In this document: positions 38,358 through 47,145 of the stretch, piece after piece
Position numbering within the stretch: the stretch's first letter is position 1
Layout: each line of letters begins with the position of its first letter
Assembly: GCA_963623925.1 (NCBI GenBank)
Contig: CAVFNN010000002.1
Location: forward strand, 78,247-142,246
Source of the DNA: a bacterium
GTDB taxonomy: Bacteria > Bacillota > Clostridia > Lachnospirales > Lachnospiraceae
Length of the DNA: 64,000 nt
Reading direction: 5' to 3'
The notes under the pieces: model-generated
Told to the model about the DNA's origin: nothing
Seen by the model: the letters and a program-made list of their open reading frames with translations, nothing else
The model's database searches: none
Program-made: the position numbers and the translations under genes

Positions 38358-40187
38358 ATGAGAATGGGGATACGTTGGCTGTCCGGGATATTGGCCGGTG
38401 TTTTGGCGATTGCCGGTTTAAGCGCTTGCAGTGGCATGAAGGAAGCGGCACAGGAGGAAAAACCGCTCACCATTTATCTGTGGGATGCGGATCAGATGCA
38501 ACTGCTCATTCCCTATCTGCATGAGCAACTGCCGGACAAGGATCTTGAGATCATCGGCGGCTGCAATGACACAGATCTCTACAGCTACCTTCGTGAGAAT
38601 GGAGAACTTCCGGATATCATAACGGTGCGCCGCTACTCCGGAACGGACGCGAAGGACCTGCAGCCCTATCTTCTGGATCTCGGTGCCTATAATGTGGTTT
38701 CCGCGTACTATTCTTATGCCCTGCAGTACTATAAAAATGAGGACGGCAGCATTAACTGGCTGCCGGTATGCGGCATTCCACAGACCATCATTGCCAACAA
38801 GACCTTGTTTGATCAATACGGGCTGGCGCTGCCGGAGAGCTACGAAGACTATGTGGATGTCTGCCAGGCCTTCTATGACCATGGCATCAAGCCCTATGCC
38901 ATGGATCTTGCCAATGACTGGTCCGGGCATGAGGCGATTCAGGCCGGCGGTATCGGAGAATTCACGAGTCTTGCGGGAATCGCCTGGCGAAACGAAGCAG
39001 AAAGCGCCCAGGGGGACATTCCCTTTGACGATGCCATGTGGAAGCGTGTTTTTACAGAAACGGAAAACTTCCTGCGGGATTCCCATTTCACAGAGGAAGA
39101 CCTTTCCTATGGCATAGAGGAAGCGCAGCAGCTCTTTGTGGAGGGGAAGGCCGCGATGTTCCATGGCACGCAGGGAAATATGCAGGAGTGCCAGAAGTAC
39201 ATGGATGCGGAGCTGGTGCGAATCCCGTATTTTTCCCAGAACTCCGGTGAAGGCTTCGTTTACATGAATCCGTCCCTGAATGTGGCATTGAACAAGGAAT
39301 TGGAAGAGGACAGTGAACGACTGGAAACCGCCATGCAGGTACTGGATTGCATGATTTCAGAGGAAGGACAAAAGCTGATCGGCTATGGCGGCGGTGCCGT
39401 TTCCTTCAATCCGGGAATTTCCCTGGCAGCAGAAGGCATGGAGGGGCTTGAGACAGAAATCGAGAACAATGCGTACTATATCCGCTACTCGGGACAGAAG
39501 TCATTTGCGGCGAGCTATGAGGCGGTGCAGGGACTTTTGACGGGAAAAATGGATGTGGACACGGCTTATGAGACTTTCCGTCAGGTGATGAACAAAAAGG
39601 AAAATACGCCGGAGGTGACGGCGCATTTTGACCAGGGCTATTCTCTTTCGCTGAATGCCAAGGGTGGACGGGATGCGGCATCTTCCATTTTGACCACGGT
39701 GCGGGAGGAGTTGGACGCGGAGCTTGCTCTTTCATCCTATTATCACTTTAGTTCCTCTATTTATGCGGGAGACTGCACCGGCAAGCGGGTGAAAATGATG
39801 GTGGCCTATACGCCGGGAATGTACCGTGAAAACCTAAGCGGTGCGGAGATCAAGGCGCTGGCGGCGGCATGTCTGACAGGAAATGCAGGCAGTTTTCAAC
39901 CCCTGCGCCGTTATGAGCTGCCCATCGCCTCCGGCATGCGGCTTGTGATCAACGAAAAGGATGGATTCACACTGGAAGATATTCTGGTGGATGGAAAATC
40001 GATAGATGAAGAGAAGCAGTATGCCATTCTTCTGGTGGATGCCGTAGGAGAGGTATTGCAGAATCTGTATCCGGAAGGCGGCTATGGCACGCTGACGGAA
40101 TGCAATCTGTCCTCTGCCTGGGTCGATGCGGTGGAAAAGGGACGTCAGCCGGCGGAACCGGAAGACTATATCGAAATCCGGAAGTAG
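38358..40187 (+). CDS. Extracellular solute-binding lipoprotein with a C-terminal 5'-nucleotidase-C-like domain
   Basis: Lipobox LSAC, TIYLW, ELPDII, NKTLFDQYGL, FVEGKAAM; C-terminal LSGAEIK...SGM...DGKSIDEEKQY pattern. Confidence 0.7.
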   Translation: MRMGIRWLSGILAGVLAIAGLSACSGMKEAAQEEKPLTIYLWDADQMQLLIPYLHEQLPDKDLEIIGGCNDTDLYSYLRENGELPDIITVRRYSGTDAKDLQPYLLDLGAYNVVSAYYSYALQYYKNEDGSINWLPVCGIPQTIIANKTLFDQYGLALPESYEDYVDVCQAFYDHGIKPYAMDLANDWSGHEAIQAGGIGEFTSLAGIAWRNEAESAQGDIPFDDAMWKRVFTETENFLRDSHFTEEDLSYGIEEAQQLFVEGKAAMFHGTQGNMQECQKYMDAELVRIPYFSQNSGEGFVYMNPSLNVALNKELEEDSERLETAMQVLDCMISEEGQKLIGYGGGAVSFNPGISLAAEGMEGLETEIENNAYYIRYSGQKSFAASYEAVQGLLTGKMDVDTAYETFRQVMNKKENTPEVTAHFDQGYSLSLNAKGGRDAASSILTTVREELDAELALSSYYHFSSSIYAGDCTGKRVKMMVAYTPGMYRENLSGAEIKALAAACLTGNAGSFQPLRRYELPIASGMRLVINEKDGFTLEDILVDGKSIDEEKQYAILLVDAVGEVLQNLYPEGGYGTLTECNLSSAWVDAVEKGRQPAEPEDYIEIRK

Positions 40188-40194
40188 AGTGGGC

Positions 40195-42468
40195 ATGGAA
40201 AACATGAAAAACAAAAGAAAAGTTATCGCAGTCTTTCTTCTTCTTCTTCTTCTGCTTTGTTCTGCCGGAATCATGAGGATACTGCTGCATAGTATGGACT
40301 GTTCCATTGAAGAAAACGGAAAGATCAGTGTGCAGGCCGTGGTGGAGCAGATCCAGCAGACCTATGAATTGCAGGTAGAGAATTATTACAGTCGTCTTCG
40401 CATGGTGGAGAGTTATGCTGTCCATGGAGAGGAGAATTTTCTGGATGATGAGAAGATTATGCATCTTCTGCGAAAATTAGAGGAAGAAACCGGCGCAAAG
40501 ATCTATTTCATCAAGGAGAATGGCGCGGCGCTTACCATTGACAAAAAGAAATCCAGACTGGAAATCCCCAGTTCCCTGCTACTGAATCTGCAGGCGAAGC
40601 AGAGTATCGCCAAACTGGTTTCGCATCATGAGGAAGGCATGGCGGAAGACGGATTTCTTCTGGCGGTTCCCAGTGATGCCTACTATATTGACGGAGAAAA
40701 GTATACCGCTGTTGGTGCCCTAGTGAATCGCTCCCGGATGGATTCTGTTCTGAGTCTCTACGTCTATGGCGGAAATGCCTATCTCTTTATGCTGGATGAA
40801 GAGGGTGAGGTACTCTATACCAATCAGAAGGATGAAATTCTCTTTCGAAATTATGCATTGCTGAAGCATTTGCAAAAGGAAAATGCCATCACGGCGGAAG
40901 AAACGGAAACGCTGCAGAGGGCATTTGACGCGAAAGATAGCGGCGTGGTCCGATTGGGCGGAGAACGGGCCTATTATCTGGGTTACTGTCCCATCAAAAG
41001 CAACAATGCAACATTGGTGTGCATTGTGTCGAAGGGAATCGTGGAAAATGCGCTGATGGCATATCAGAAGACCATCCTGCAGGCGGCCATGATCATGGCG
41101 GCTGTGCTCCTTTTGCTGTTTGCGTGCCTGGTTTACGCGGTTTCGCGTGTGAACTTTGCCAATAAAAAGGCAGCATACGAAAAACGCAACCGGGAGCTGC
41201 AGCAGGAAAATATGAAGAAGCTGGAAATGCTGAATCGGGATCTTGCGGAAGCACAGACAGTGACCGCGGAGGCATTGCAGGCGGCGGAAACCGCCAACCA
41301 GGCCAAGACAAACTTCCTTTCCAATATGTCCCATGATATCCGTACGCCGATGAATGCGATCATCGGCATGACGGCATTGATCGAACATGATGCGGGAAAT
41401 GAAGAAAAGGTGCGGGAGTATATCGGAAAGATTGCGCTGTCCTCCCAGAATCTGCTGGGCATCATCAACAATGTACTGGACATGAACAAGATCGAGGCTG
41501 GAAAGACCATACTGAAGTATGCGGATTTTTCGCTCTCGAAGTGGATACAGGAAATGGATGATCTGTTCCGTCCCCAGGCGGAGGCAAGGCAGCAGATCTT
41601 TGAGATCCGGATAGAGAATATCCGCCATGAATGGCTGAACGGTGATGCGGTTCGCCTGACGCAGGTGTTCAGCAATCTCTTGTCCAATGCGATCAAATAC
41701 ACCCGGGATGGCGGAAGAATTCAGTTCCTGATTGAGGAACGACCGGGTCGTTCTGCAAGCTATGCCAAATACCGTTTTCTGGTGAAGGACAATGGCATCG
41801 GCATGGCGACGGATTTTCAGAACAAGATATTTGATGCCTTTACCCGGGAGGAAAGTTCTCTGACAAACAAGGTACAGGGAACCGGACTGGGCATGGCCAT
41901 TGCCCGGAATGTGATTGAACTCATGGGCGGCACCATCAAGGTCGACAGCGTGAAGGACAAGGGCAGCTGTTTTGAGGTGATGCTGGACTTGAAGATTGCA
42001 GCGGAACGGCAGCCATTGGCACATACGGAAGCAGAGAAAGCGGAGGAGGAAAATCCGCTGCAGGGCATGTGCTTCCTTTGCGCGGAGGACAATGAACTGA
42101 ACGCGGAAATCCTGACGGAGCTTCTGCGGATGGAAGGCGCAAGGTGCTGCATCTATGACAATGGTGAGCGGGTTGTCAAGGCATTCGAAACGTCAAAGCC
42201 GGGGGATTATGATATGATCCTCATGGATGTGCAGATGCCGGTGATGAATGGTTATGAAGCCACCCGCGCCATCCGGAACAGCAGCCATCCCCTGGCAAAG
42301 TGCATGCCCATCATTGCCATGACCGCCAATGCCTTTTCTGAGGATATTCAGACTTCCCTCGCGGCCGGCATGGATGCCCATGTTTCGAAGCCGGTGGACA
42401 TGGAAGTACTGAAAAAGACCATTCGGAATCTGCGCGGCAAGCAGGAAAAAACACAGGACAGCGCCTGA
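40195..42468 (+). CDS. Hybrid sensor histidine kinase/response regulator
   Basis: Two TM helices, FLSNMSHDIRTPMN H-box, NLLSNAIKYT, DNGIG, GTGLG, receiver AEDN...MDVQMP...SKP. Confidence 0.95.
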   Translation: MENMKNKRKVIAVFLLLLLLLCSAGIMRILLHSMDCSIEENGKISVQAVVEQIQQTYELQVENYYSRLRMVESYAVHGEENFLDDEKIMHLLRKLEEETGAKIYFIKENGAALTIDKKKSRLEIPSSLLLNLQAKQSIAKLVSHHEEGMAEDGFLLAVPSDAYYIDGEKYTAVGALVNRSRMDSVLSLYVYGGNAYLFMLDEEGEVLYTNQKDEILFRNYALLKHLQKENAITAEETETLQRAFDAKDSGVVRLGGERAYYLGYCPIKSNNATLVCIVSKGIVENALMAYQKTILQAAMIMAAVLLLLFACLVYAVSRVNFANKKAAYEKRNRELQQENMKKLEMLNRDLAEAQTVTAEALQAAETANQAKTNFLSNMSHDIRTPMNAIIGMTALIEHDAGNEEKVREYIGKIALSSQNLLGIINNVLDMNKIEAGKTILKYADFSLSKWIQEMDDLFRPQAEARQQIFEIRIENIRHEWLNGDAVRLTQVFSNLLSNAIKYTRDGGRIQFLIEERPGRSASYAKYRFLVKDNGIGMATDFQNKIFDAFTREESSLTNKVQGTGLGMAIARNVIELMGGTIKVDSVKDKGSCFEVMLDLKIAAERQPLAHTEAEKAEEENPLQGMCFLCAEDNELNAEILTELLRMEGARCCIYDNGERVVKAFETSKPGDYDMILMDVQMPVMNGYEATRAIRNSSHPLAKCMPIIAMTANAFSEDIQTSLAAGMDAHVSKPVDMEVLKKTIRNLRGKQEKTQDSA

Positions 42469-42504
42469 ACCGGATCAACGGAAATTTTGGAGATGAATTT
42501 TAAA

Positions 42505-43020
42505 ATGAACTTCACGAAAAACAAACAGGCAAAGAAACTGCTGCAGCTCCTTTTGCTTCTCTGGATCGGTTTCATCTGGCTGCACTCTGCCATTCCGGCC
42601 TCCGGTTCATCGGAGGAGAGCCGCATCGTCGGGAACATCCTCCGGCCCTTTCTGGAGCTTTTTCTTGGAAAGGGCAATCTGACAGATCATATCGTGCGAA
42701 AACTGGCGCATTTCACGGAATATACAGTGCTTGGCCTTTTGATGGGTGCCAATGTTGCCACGCTGACGACGCAGCTGGGAAGCCGGATGACGATTTCTCG
42801 CCGGACATCCTTTTTCTGCTGGAGCTATGGGTTCTTGCTCACGATGGCGACGGCCCTCATGGACGAAAGCATACAGATCTTTTCTCCGGGCAGAAGTCCC
42901 CAGGTGACGGACGTGCTCCTGGATACGGCGGGAAGCACAGTAGGATTGCTGTTGATCTTTCTCTTGCTGCAGATCTTCATTAGGGCAGGAAAAGCTGGGG
43001 AGAATTCACTTGCATCTTAA
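42505..43020 (+). CDS. VanZ family membrane protein (start uncertain; 42493 also possible)
   Basis: VRKLAHFTEY, DESIQIFSPGR...DVLLD. Confidence 0.88.
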   Translation: MNFTKNKQAKKLLQLLLLLWIGFIWLHSAIPASGSSEESRIVGNILRPFLELFLGKGNLTDHIVRKLAHFTEYTVLGLLMGANVATLTTQLGSRMTISRRTSFFCWSYGFLLTMATALMDESIQIFSPGRSPQVTDVLLDTAGSTVGLLLIFLLLQIFIRAGKAGENSLAS

Positions 43021-43038
43021 ATTTGAATATTGTATAAT
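43010..43038 (+). promoter_or_regulatory. Putative sigma-A promoter of the MATE gene
   Basis: TTGCAT-17 bp-TATAAT. Confidence 0.65.
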
Positions 43039-43161
43039 CCACTCGCTCATCGGAGGGTGACGTGTTGAGAAAAAGCACGCGCTGGATAAGATGACAGGTT
43101 AAGGCCTGCGTTTTATCCAACGCGTGCTTTTCGTTTTCAATGCTTGTTTTAGGGAGGAAAC

Positions 43162-44505
43162 ATGAAAAAGACAAGAAGTTTCACAGAGGGCGGCATTCTT
43201 CTGCCGCTGGTACAGTTTGCACTGCCGGTACTGCTGGCGCTGTTCCTGCAGGCCATGTACGGGGCAGTGGATCTCCTGGTGGTGGGAAAGTTCGGGAGCT
43301 CTGCGGATGTGTCTGCCGTCTCCAGCGGTTCCCAGATCATGACCACATTGACCAATCTGGTCAGCAGCTTTGCCATGGGCACCACCATTCTGCTGGGGCA
43401 GCAGATCGGCTGCGGAGAGCGGAAGAAGGGCGGCCGCACCGTGGGCACGGCCATTGTGATGTTCACCATACTGGCCATTATCATGACCTTACTGCTGGTA
43501 TGCAATGCACCGGTGATCAGCCAGACGGTGCATGCACCGGCGGAGGCCTTTTCTCAGACCGTTTCCTATGTGCGCATCTGCGGTGCCGGCATGCTGGTGA
43601 TTGTGGCCTACAATCTCATCGGCTGTATTTTTCGGGGCCTGGGCGATTCCAGAACGCCGCTGCTCACGGTGGCCATTGCCTGTGTCATCAACATTGCGGG
43701 AGATCTGCTGCTTTGTGCGGTCTTCAAAATGGGCACCAGCGGTGCGGCATTGGCAACGGTATTTGCCCAGGTGGTCAGTGTCGTCATTTCCTTCGGTCTG
43801 ATCCGAAAAAGAGAGCTGCCCTTTGCATTCTCCGTCAGTGACCTGCGCCTGCATAGGGGAAGCCTTAAGCGCATGAGCAGTTTGGGAGCCCCCATTGCTT
43901 TGCAGGATCTTCTGGTGAATGTTTCCTTTCTCATCATCCTGGCCATTGTCAATAACATGGGTGTCACGGCTTCGGCTGGTGTGGGTGTGGCAGAAAAGGT
44001 CTGTGTCTTCATCATGCTGATCTCCACGGCCTTCATGCAGTCCATTTCGGCCTTTGTGGCCCAGAACTACGGTGCCGGCAAGCTGGACCGGGCCTTGCAG
44101 GCACTGCGCTGCGCTGTTTGCATATCCTTCGGCATCGGTGTTCTCATGTTTGTGCTTTCCTACTTCCATGGTCAGCTCTTTGCCCGTGTGTTTTCTTCCG
44201 ATGCAGAGGTGGTAGAGGCGGCCGGTGACTATCTGCGGGCCTATGGCATTGACTGTTTGTTTACGTCTGTTTTCTTCTGCTTCACCGGTTTCTTCAACGG
44301 CATCGGACAGACACGTTTCGTGATGCTTCAGGGCATTGTGGGGTCCCTTCTCGTGCGTGTGCCGGTATCCTGGCTCATGAGCCGTGGAGAGGGGGCTACG
44401 CTGTTCCATATTGGTCTCGCCACGCCCTGCTCCTCATTGCTGCAGCTTTTGCTTTGTCTGGGCTTTTTCTTTTGGATTGTGAAAAAACTGAAAAAGTTGA
44501 CATAG
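43162..44505 (+). CDS. MATE family efflux transporter
   Basis: FALP..LQAMYGAVD, RGLGDSRTPL, INIAGD, GAALATVFAQ, AQNYGAG; about 12 TM. Confidence 0.93.
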   Translation: MKKTRSFTEGGILLPLVQFALPVLLALFLQAMYGAVDLLVVGKFGSSADVSAVSSGSQIMTTLTNLVSSFAMGTTILLGQQIGCGERKKGGRTVGTAIVMFTILAIIMTLLLVCNAPVISQTVHAPAEAFSQTVSYVRICGAGMLVIVAYNLIGCIFRGLGDSRTPLLTVAIACVINIAGDLLLCAVFKMGTSGAALATVFAQVVSVVISFGLIRKRELPFAFSVSDLRLHRGSLKRMSSLGAPIALQDLLVNVSFLIILAIVNNMGVTASAGVGVAEKVCVFIMLISTAFMQSISAFVAQNYGAGKLDRALQALRCAVCISFGIGVLMFVLSYFHGQLFARVFSSDAEVVEAAGDYLRAYGIDCLFTSVFFCFTGFFNGIGQTRFVMLQGIVGSLLVRVPVSWLMSRGEGATLFHIGLATPCSSLLQLLLCLGFFFWIVKKLKKLT

Positions 44506-44606
44506 GATAAAGGCTGTGTCTGTTTTGTGACTTTTTTTGTGCTATGATACCGACATCAAAAGAAGAACAGGGCGATCCCGAAGGGAACGTCAGAAAGGAT
44601 AAAGCT

Positions 44607-46766
44607 ATGGCAGGCAATGTGAAGCAGTTAAAAGAAGATCTCAAGGCGTATTATGAGGAGATGACCAAGCTCCCGCAGGAAACAAAGGCGGTGCTGTTTG
44701 AGAGTGAGAGAAATTACAAGGAATACTGCAAGCAAATCAAAAATGCATATAAAGCTGTGGACAATGTGAAGACCAAGGGCACCGTGCGCGAGAAGGATCG
44801 TCAGGTGGCTGAGCTTGTGGATTCCATGATGGACATTGCGGCGCTTAATTTTGCGCCGAAGAATCGAAATGTAAAGCTTGGTAAGCTTACGATTGCAAAG
44901 CATGCCGCCATTGTTGGAGAAGTGTCCGATTTTGCCGCTGCACTCAAGGATCTCAAAGTCGGCGGAAGGATGGAGAGTCTTTCGGAAAAGCTGAAGGAAA
45001 AGCAGGACAAGCGGGAGTTGAATCGCTATATGGCATCGGCCGACAAGCAGTCCCGGACAGGAACATCGGAAAAGTTTAACGATGTGGCTTATCAGAAACT
45101 TCGTGCGAACAAGATGCTGAAATTCCTGAATGACACAAAGCATGCCCTGCTGCCGGATTCAGATCACTTCAAGGCTCTGGAGAACAGTCTGAAGGCGTTC
45201 AAGGCGGTTACGGATAAGCTTCCAGCGGGACAGGAGAAGCTGAACAATGAGCAGGCTAGAGCGCTGCGTGAGGAATATCAGAAGATATATAAGGCAGCCG
45301 ATGCCTATATCAATCGGAGCGACGGCAGTCATGCCAGAGCGGAACGGATGGATATGGCCAGACTGATCCGTGATGCGGTGCGGGAAAGTGCGGCCTTCCC
45401 GCGTAGCGAGCTTTTTTCAGACGCGAGAATGAAGCCGGAAAATGATGCCGCAAATGCGGATAAGCGACTCAATTACTACAGAAGAATGGTCGGTACAGGA
45501 AAGACCGATATCTGGGAGCGGCAGCCGGGCTGGGCGGCGAGTGAAAAAGCGGTTGCCAAAGGCAAAGGGGATCATGTGCCGACGGCGGTGACGAAACCGG
45601 CGGACTTCTCGGAGGAACAGATGCGCGGTCTGATCGCTTGCTCTGCTTTTTCGGATCACTGCATGACGGTTGAAAATTTCGAGAAGGACAAGACTGCAAC
45701 GCTGGTGGATAATTATCTTCCGGATCGTAAAAAGGCACGGGACTTTATTCTGGATTCCCATCGGTGCCTTTTGCTGGAAAACACGCTGTCGCTGTCAAGC
45801 GATGGTCGTTCCGTGGGCAATTCCCATGTTGCATTGCAGCAAGGACGGGAGTATGTCAATGAAATCATGAAAATGGAACCGGAAAAAAGAAATCAGACCA
45901 TCGGTGCCACGATCACGGAAGGTATTCGCCACGTTACAAATTTGATGAAGGAAGTGACGGATATTAGGACCTTTGGTGTTGGTGCGGATATACTGCGAGA
46001 GTCGCTTGCTATGACAGAGGCGGAGGGAATCAGTGCGCATGTTACGCTTACAGAGGAAGAAAAGAGAGTAGCCAGAGGCTACATAGAGCTTGCCAAGGTA
46101 ATCAATACCGAAGAAAATCTGGGGATGCTGCTGGATGGTGGCCTGGACATGGAAACACGGAATGAAAGACTGGCCGCACTTCTTGCGAATGAGTTAATCA
46201 AAGCGGCATATGCGAAAGATATAGGGGAAGAAAGAATCAGGGAGCTGGAGAAATTCCGTGAGAGGGAAATGGAGTATCTCGCGAAGCGGGATGATGTAGC
46301 CGAGGAGACAACAGGCACGCCACTCTTGGTCAAGGGAAGTGATGAGTACAACATCGCAATGGCGGAATATGCATGTGATACTGTTTTGGATCCCAAGTTG
46401 AAAAATGTGCTTCCGACAGTGCCGATGTTTGCAGATCACAGAGAGGAGATCGAGAATCAGGTCGAGTCACTGATCAAGAACAGCGACAGCTTCAAAGAAA
46501 TGAAGAGGATGACGAGCTATGAGCTTCTGAACAAAATGGCGTGCAGCAACGGTTTTATGACGGAGAATATCGTCAAAGCATATCTTGGGGATCCGAAAAT
46601 CAGAAAGCAGGTTCGAGAGATCATGACGCACGGAAGAGCTTCCATTTCCCAAAGGGATCTCGCAGAGAAGCTCGGACAGAGCGGTACCGATCTGTCCGAC
46701 AGCAGAATCTCTTTCAAGTCCACAGCGATGCAGAAACAGAGGAATTCGCTTGCATCGCAGATGTGA
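44607..46766 (+). CDS. Hypothetical large alpha-helical protein
   Basis: About 719-aa ORF with AAGGA RBS, charged and helical, no signal peptide or known motif. Confidence 0.82.
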   Translation: MAGNVKQLKEDLKAYYEEMTKLPQETKAVLFESERNYKEYCKQIKNAYKAVDNVKTKGTVREKDRQVAELVDSMMDIAALNFAPKNRNVKLGKLTIAKHAAIVGEVSDFAAALKDLKVGGRMESLSEKLKEKQDKRELNRYMASADKQSRTGTSEKFNDVAYQKLRANKMLKFLNDTKHALLPDSDHFKALENSLKAFKAVTDKLPAGQEKLNNEQARALREEYQKIYKAADAYINRSDGSHARAERMDMARLIRDAVRESAAFPRSELFSDARMKPENDAANADKRLNYYRRMVGTGKTDIWERQPGWAASEKAVAKGKGDHVPTAVTKPADFSEEQMRGLIACSAFSDHCMTVENFEKDKTATLVDNYLPDRKKARDFILDSHRCLLLENTLSLSSDGRSVGNSHVALQQGREYVNEIMKMEPEKRNQTIGATITEGIRHVTNLMKEVTDIRTFGVGADILRESLAMTEAEGISAHVTLTEEEKRVARGYIELAKVINTEENLGMLLDGGLDMETRNERLAALLANELIKAAYAKDIGEERIRELEKFREREMEYLAKRDDVAEETTGTPLLVKGSDEYNIAMAEYACDTVLDPKLKNVLPTVPMFADHREEIENQVESLIKNSDSFKEMKRMTSYELLNKMACSNGFMTENIVKAYLGDPKIRKQVREIMTHGRASISQRDLAEKLGQSGTDLSDSRISFKSTAMQKQRNSLASQM

Positions 46767-46877
46767 ATATTGTTATGGCCTGTAAGATCCCACGGAAAGC
46801 AGTTGGACTTGTGTATCCTGTAAAACTGTGCTATAGTGGAGCGCAAACGAAGCCGGAAATAAGGAGAGAAGAGGCTT

Positions 46878-47020
46878 CGTTAGCGCCAGGGCCGGAAACG
46901 GCCGACGAGGTGGGCAGTGATCGAAAGATTCGGCGGATGCTGCCCCGGAGTAGTGAATCGACAGAGAAAAAGAAAAAAGCGGAATCAAAACCGTAACAGA
47001 GCTTTTCTCATCACCGGAAA
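46878..47020 (+). ncRNA. glmS ribozyme (GlcN6P-activated); 3' boundary approximate
   Basis: Core AGCGCCAG-[P1 GGCCG-GAAA-CGGCC]-GACGAGG-TGGGCAGTG-ATCGAAAGATTCGGCGGATG-CTGCCCCGG matches the glmS consensus; lies directly upstream of glmS, after TTGTGT-17-TATAGT. Confidence 0.93.
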
Positions 47021-47145
47021 CAGAGCATGCAGCAAAAGAAGGATCATAGGATCCTCTTTTTGCGGTGCATGTGATTTGATTGCGGATGCAAGTGTCTTCG
47101 CGCAAGACGGCATTTGCATCCCTCGGTGAGAGAGGAGTTCTTTTT

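Noticed and set aside
42505..44505. Antibiotic-resistance island (vanZ + MATE)
   Set aside because: Both are widespread chromosomal families; no van cluster, integrase or IS is adjacent.
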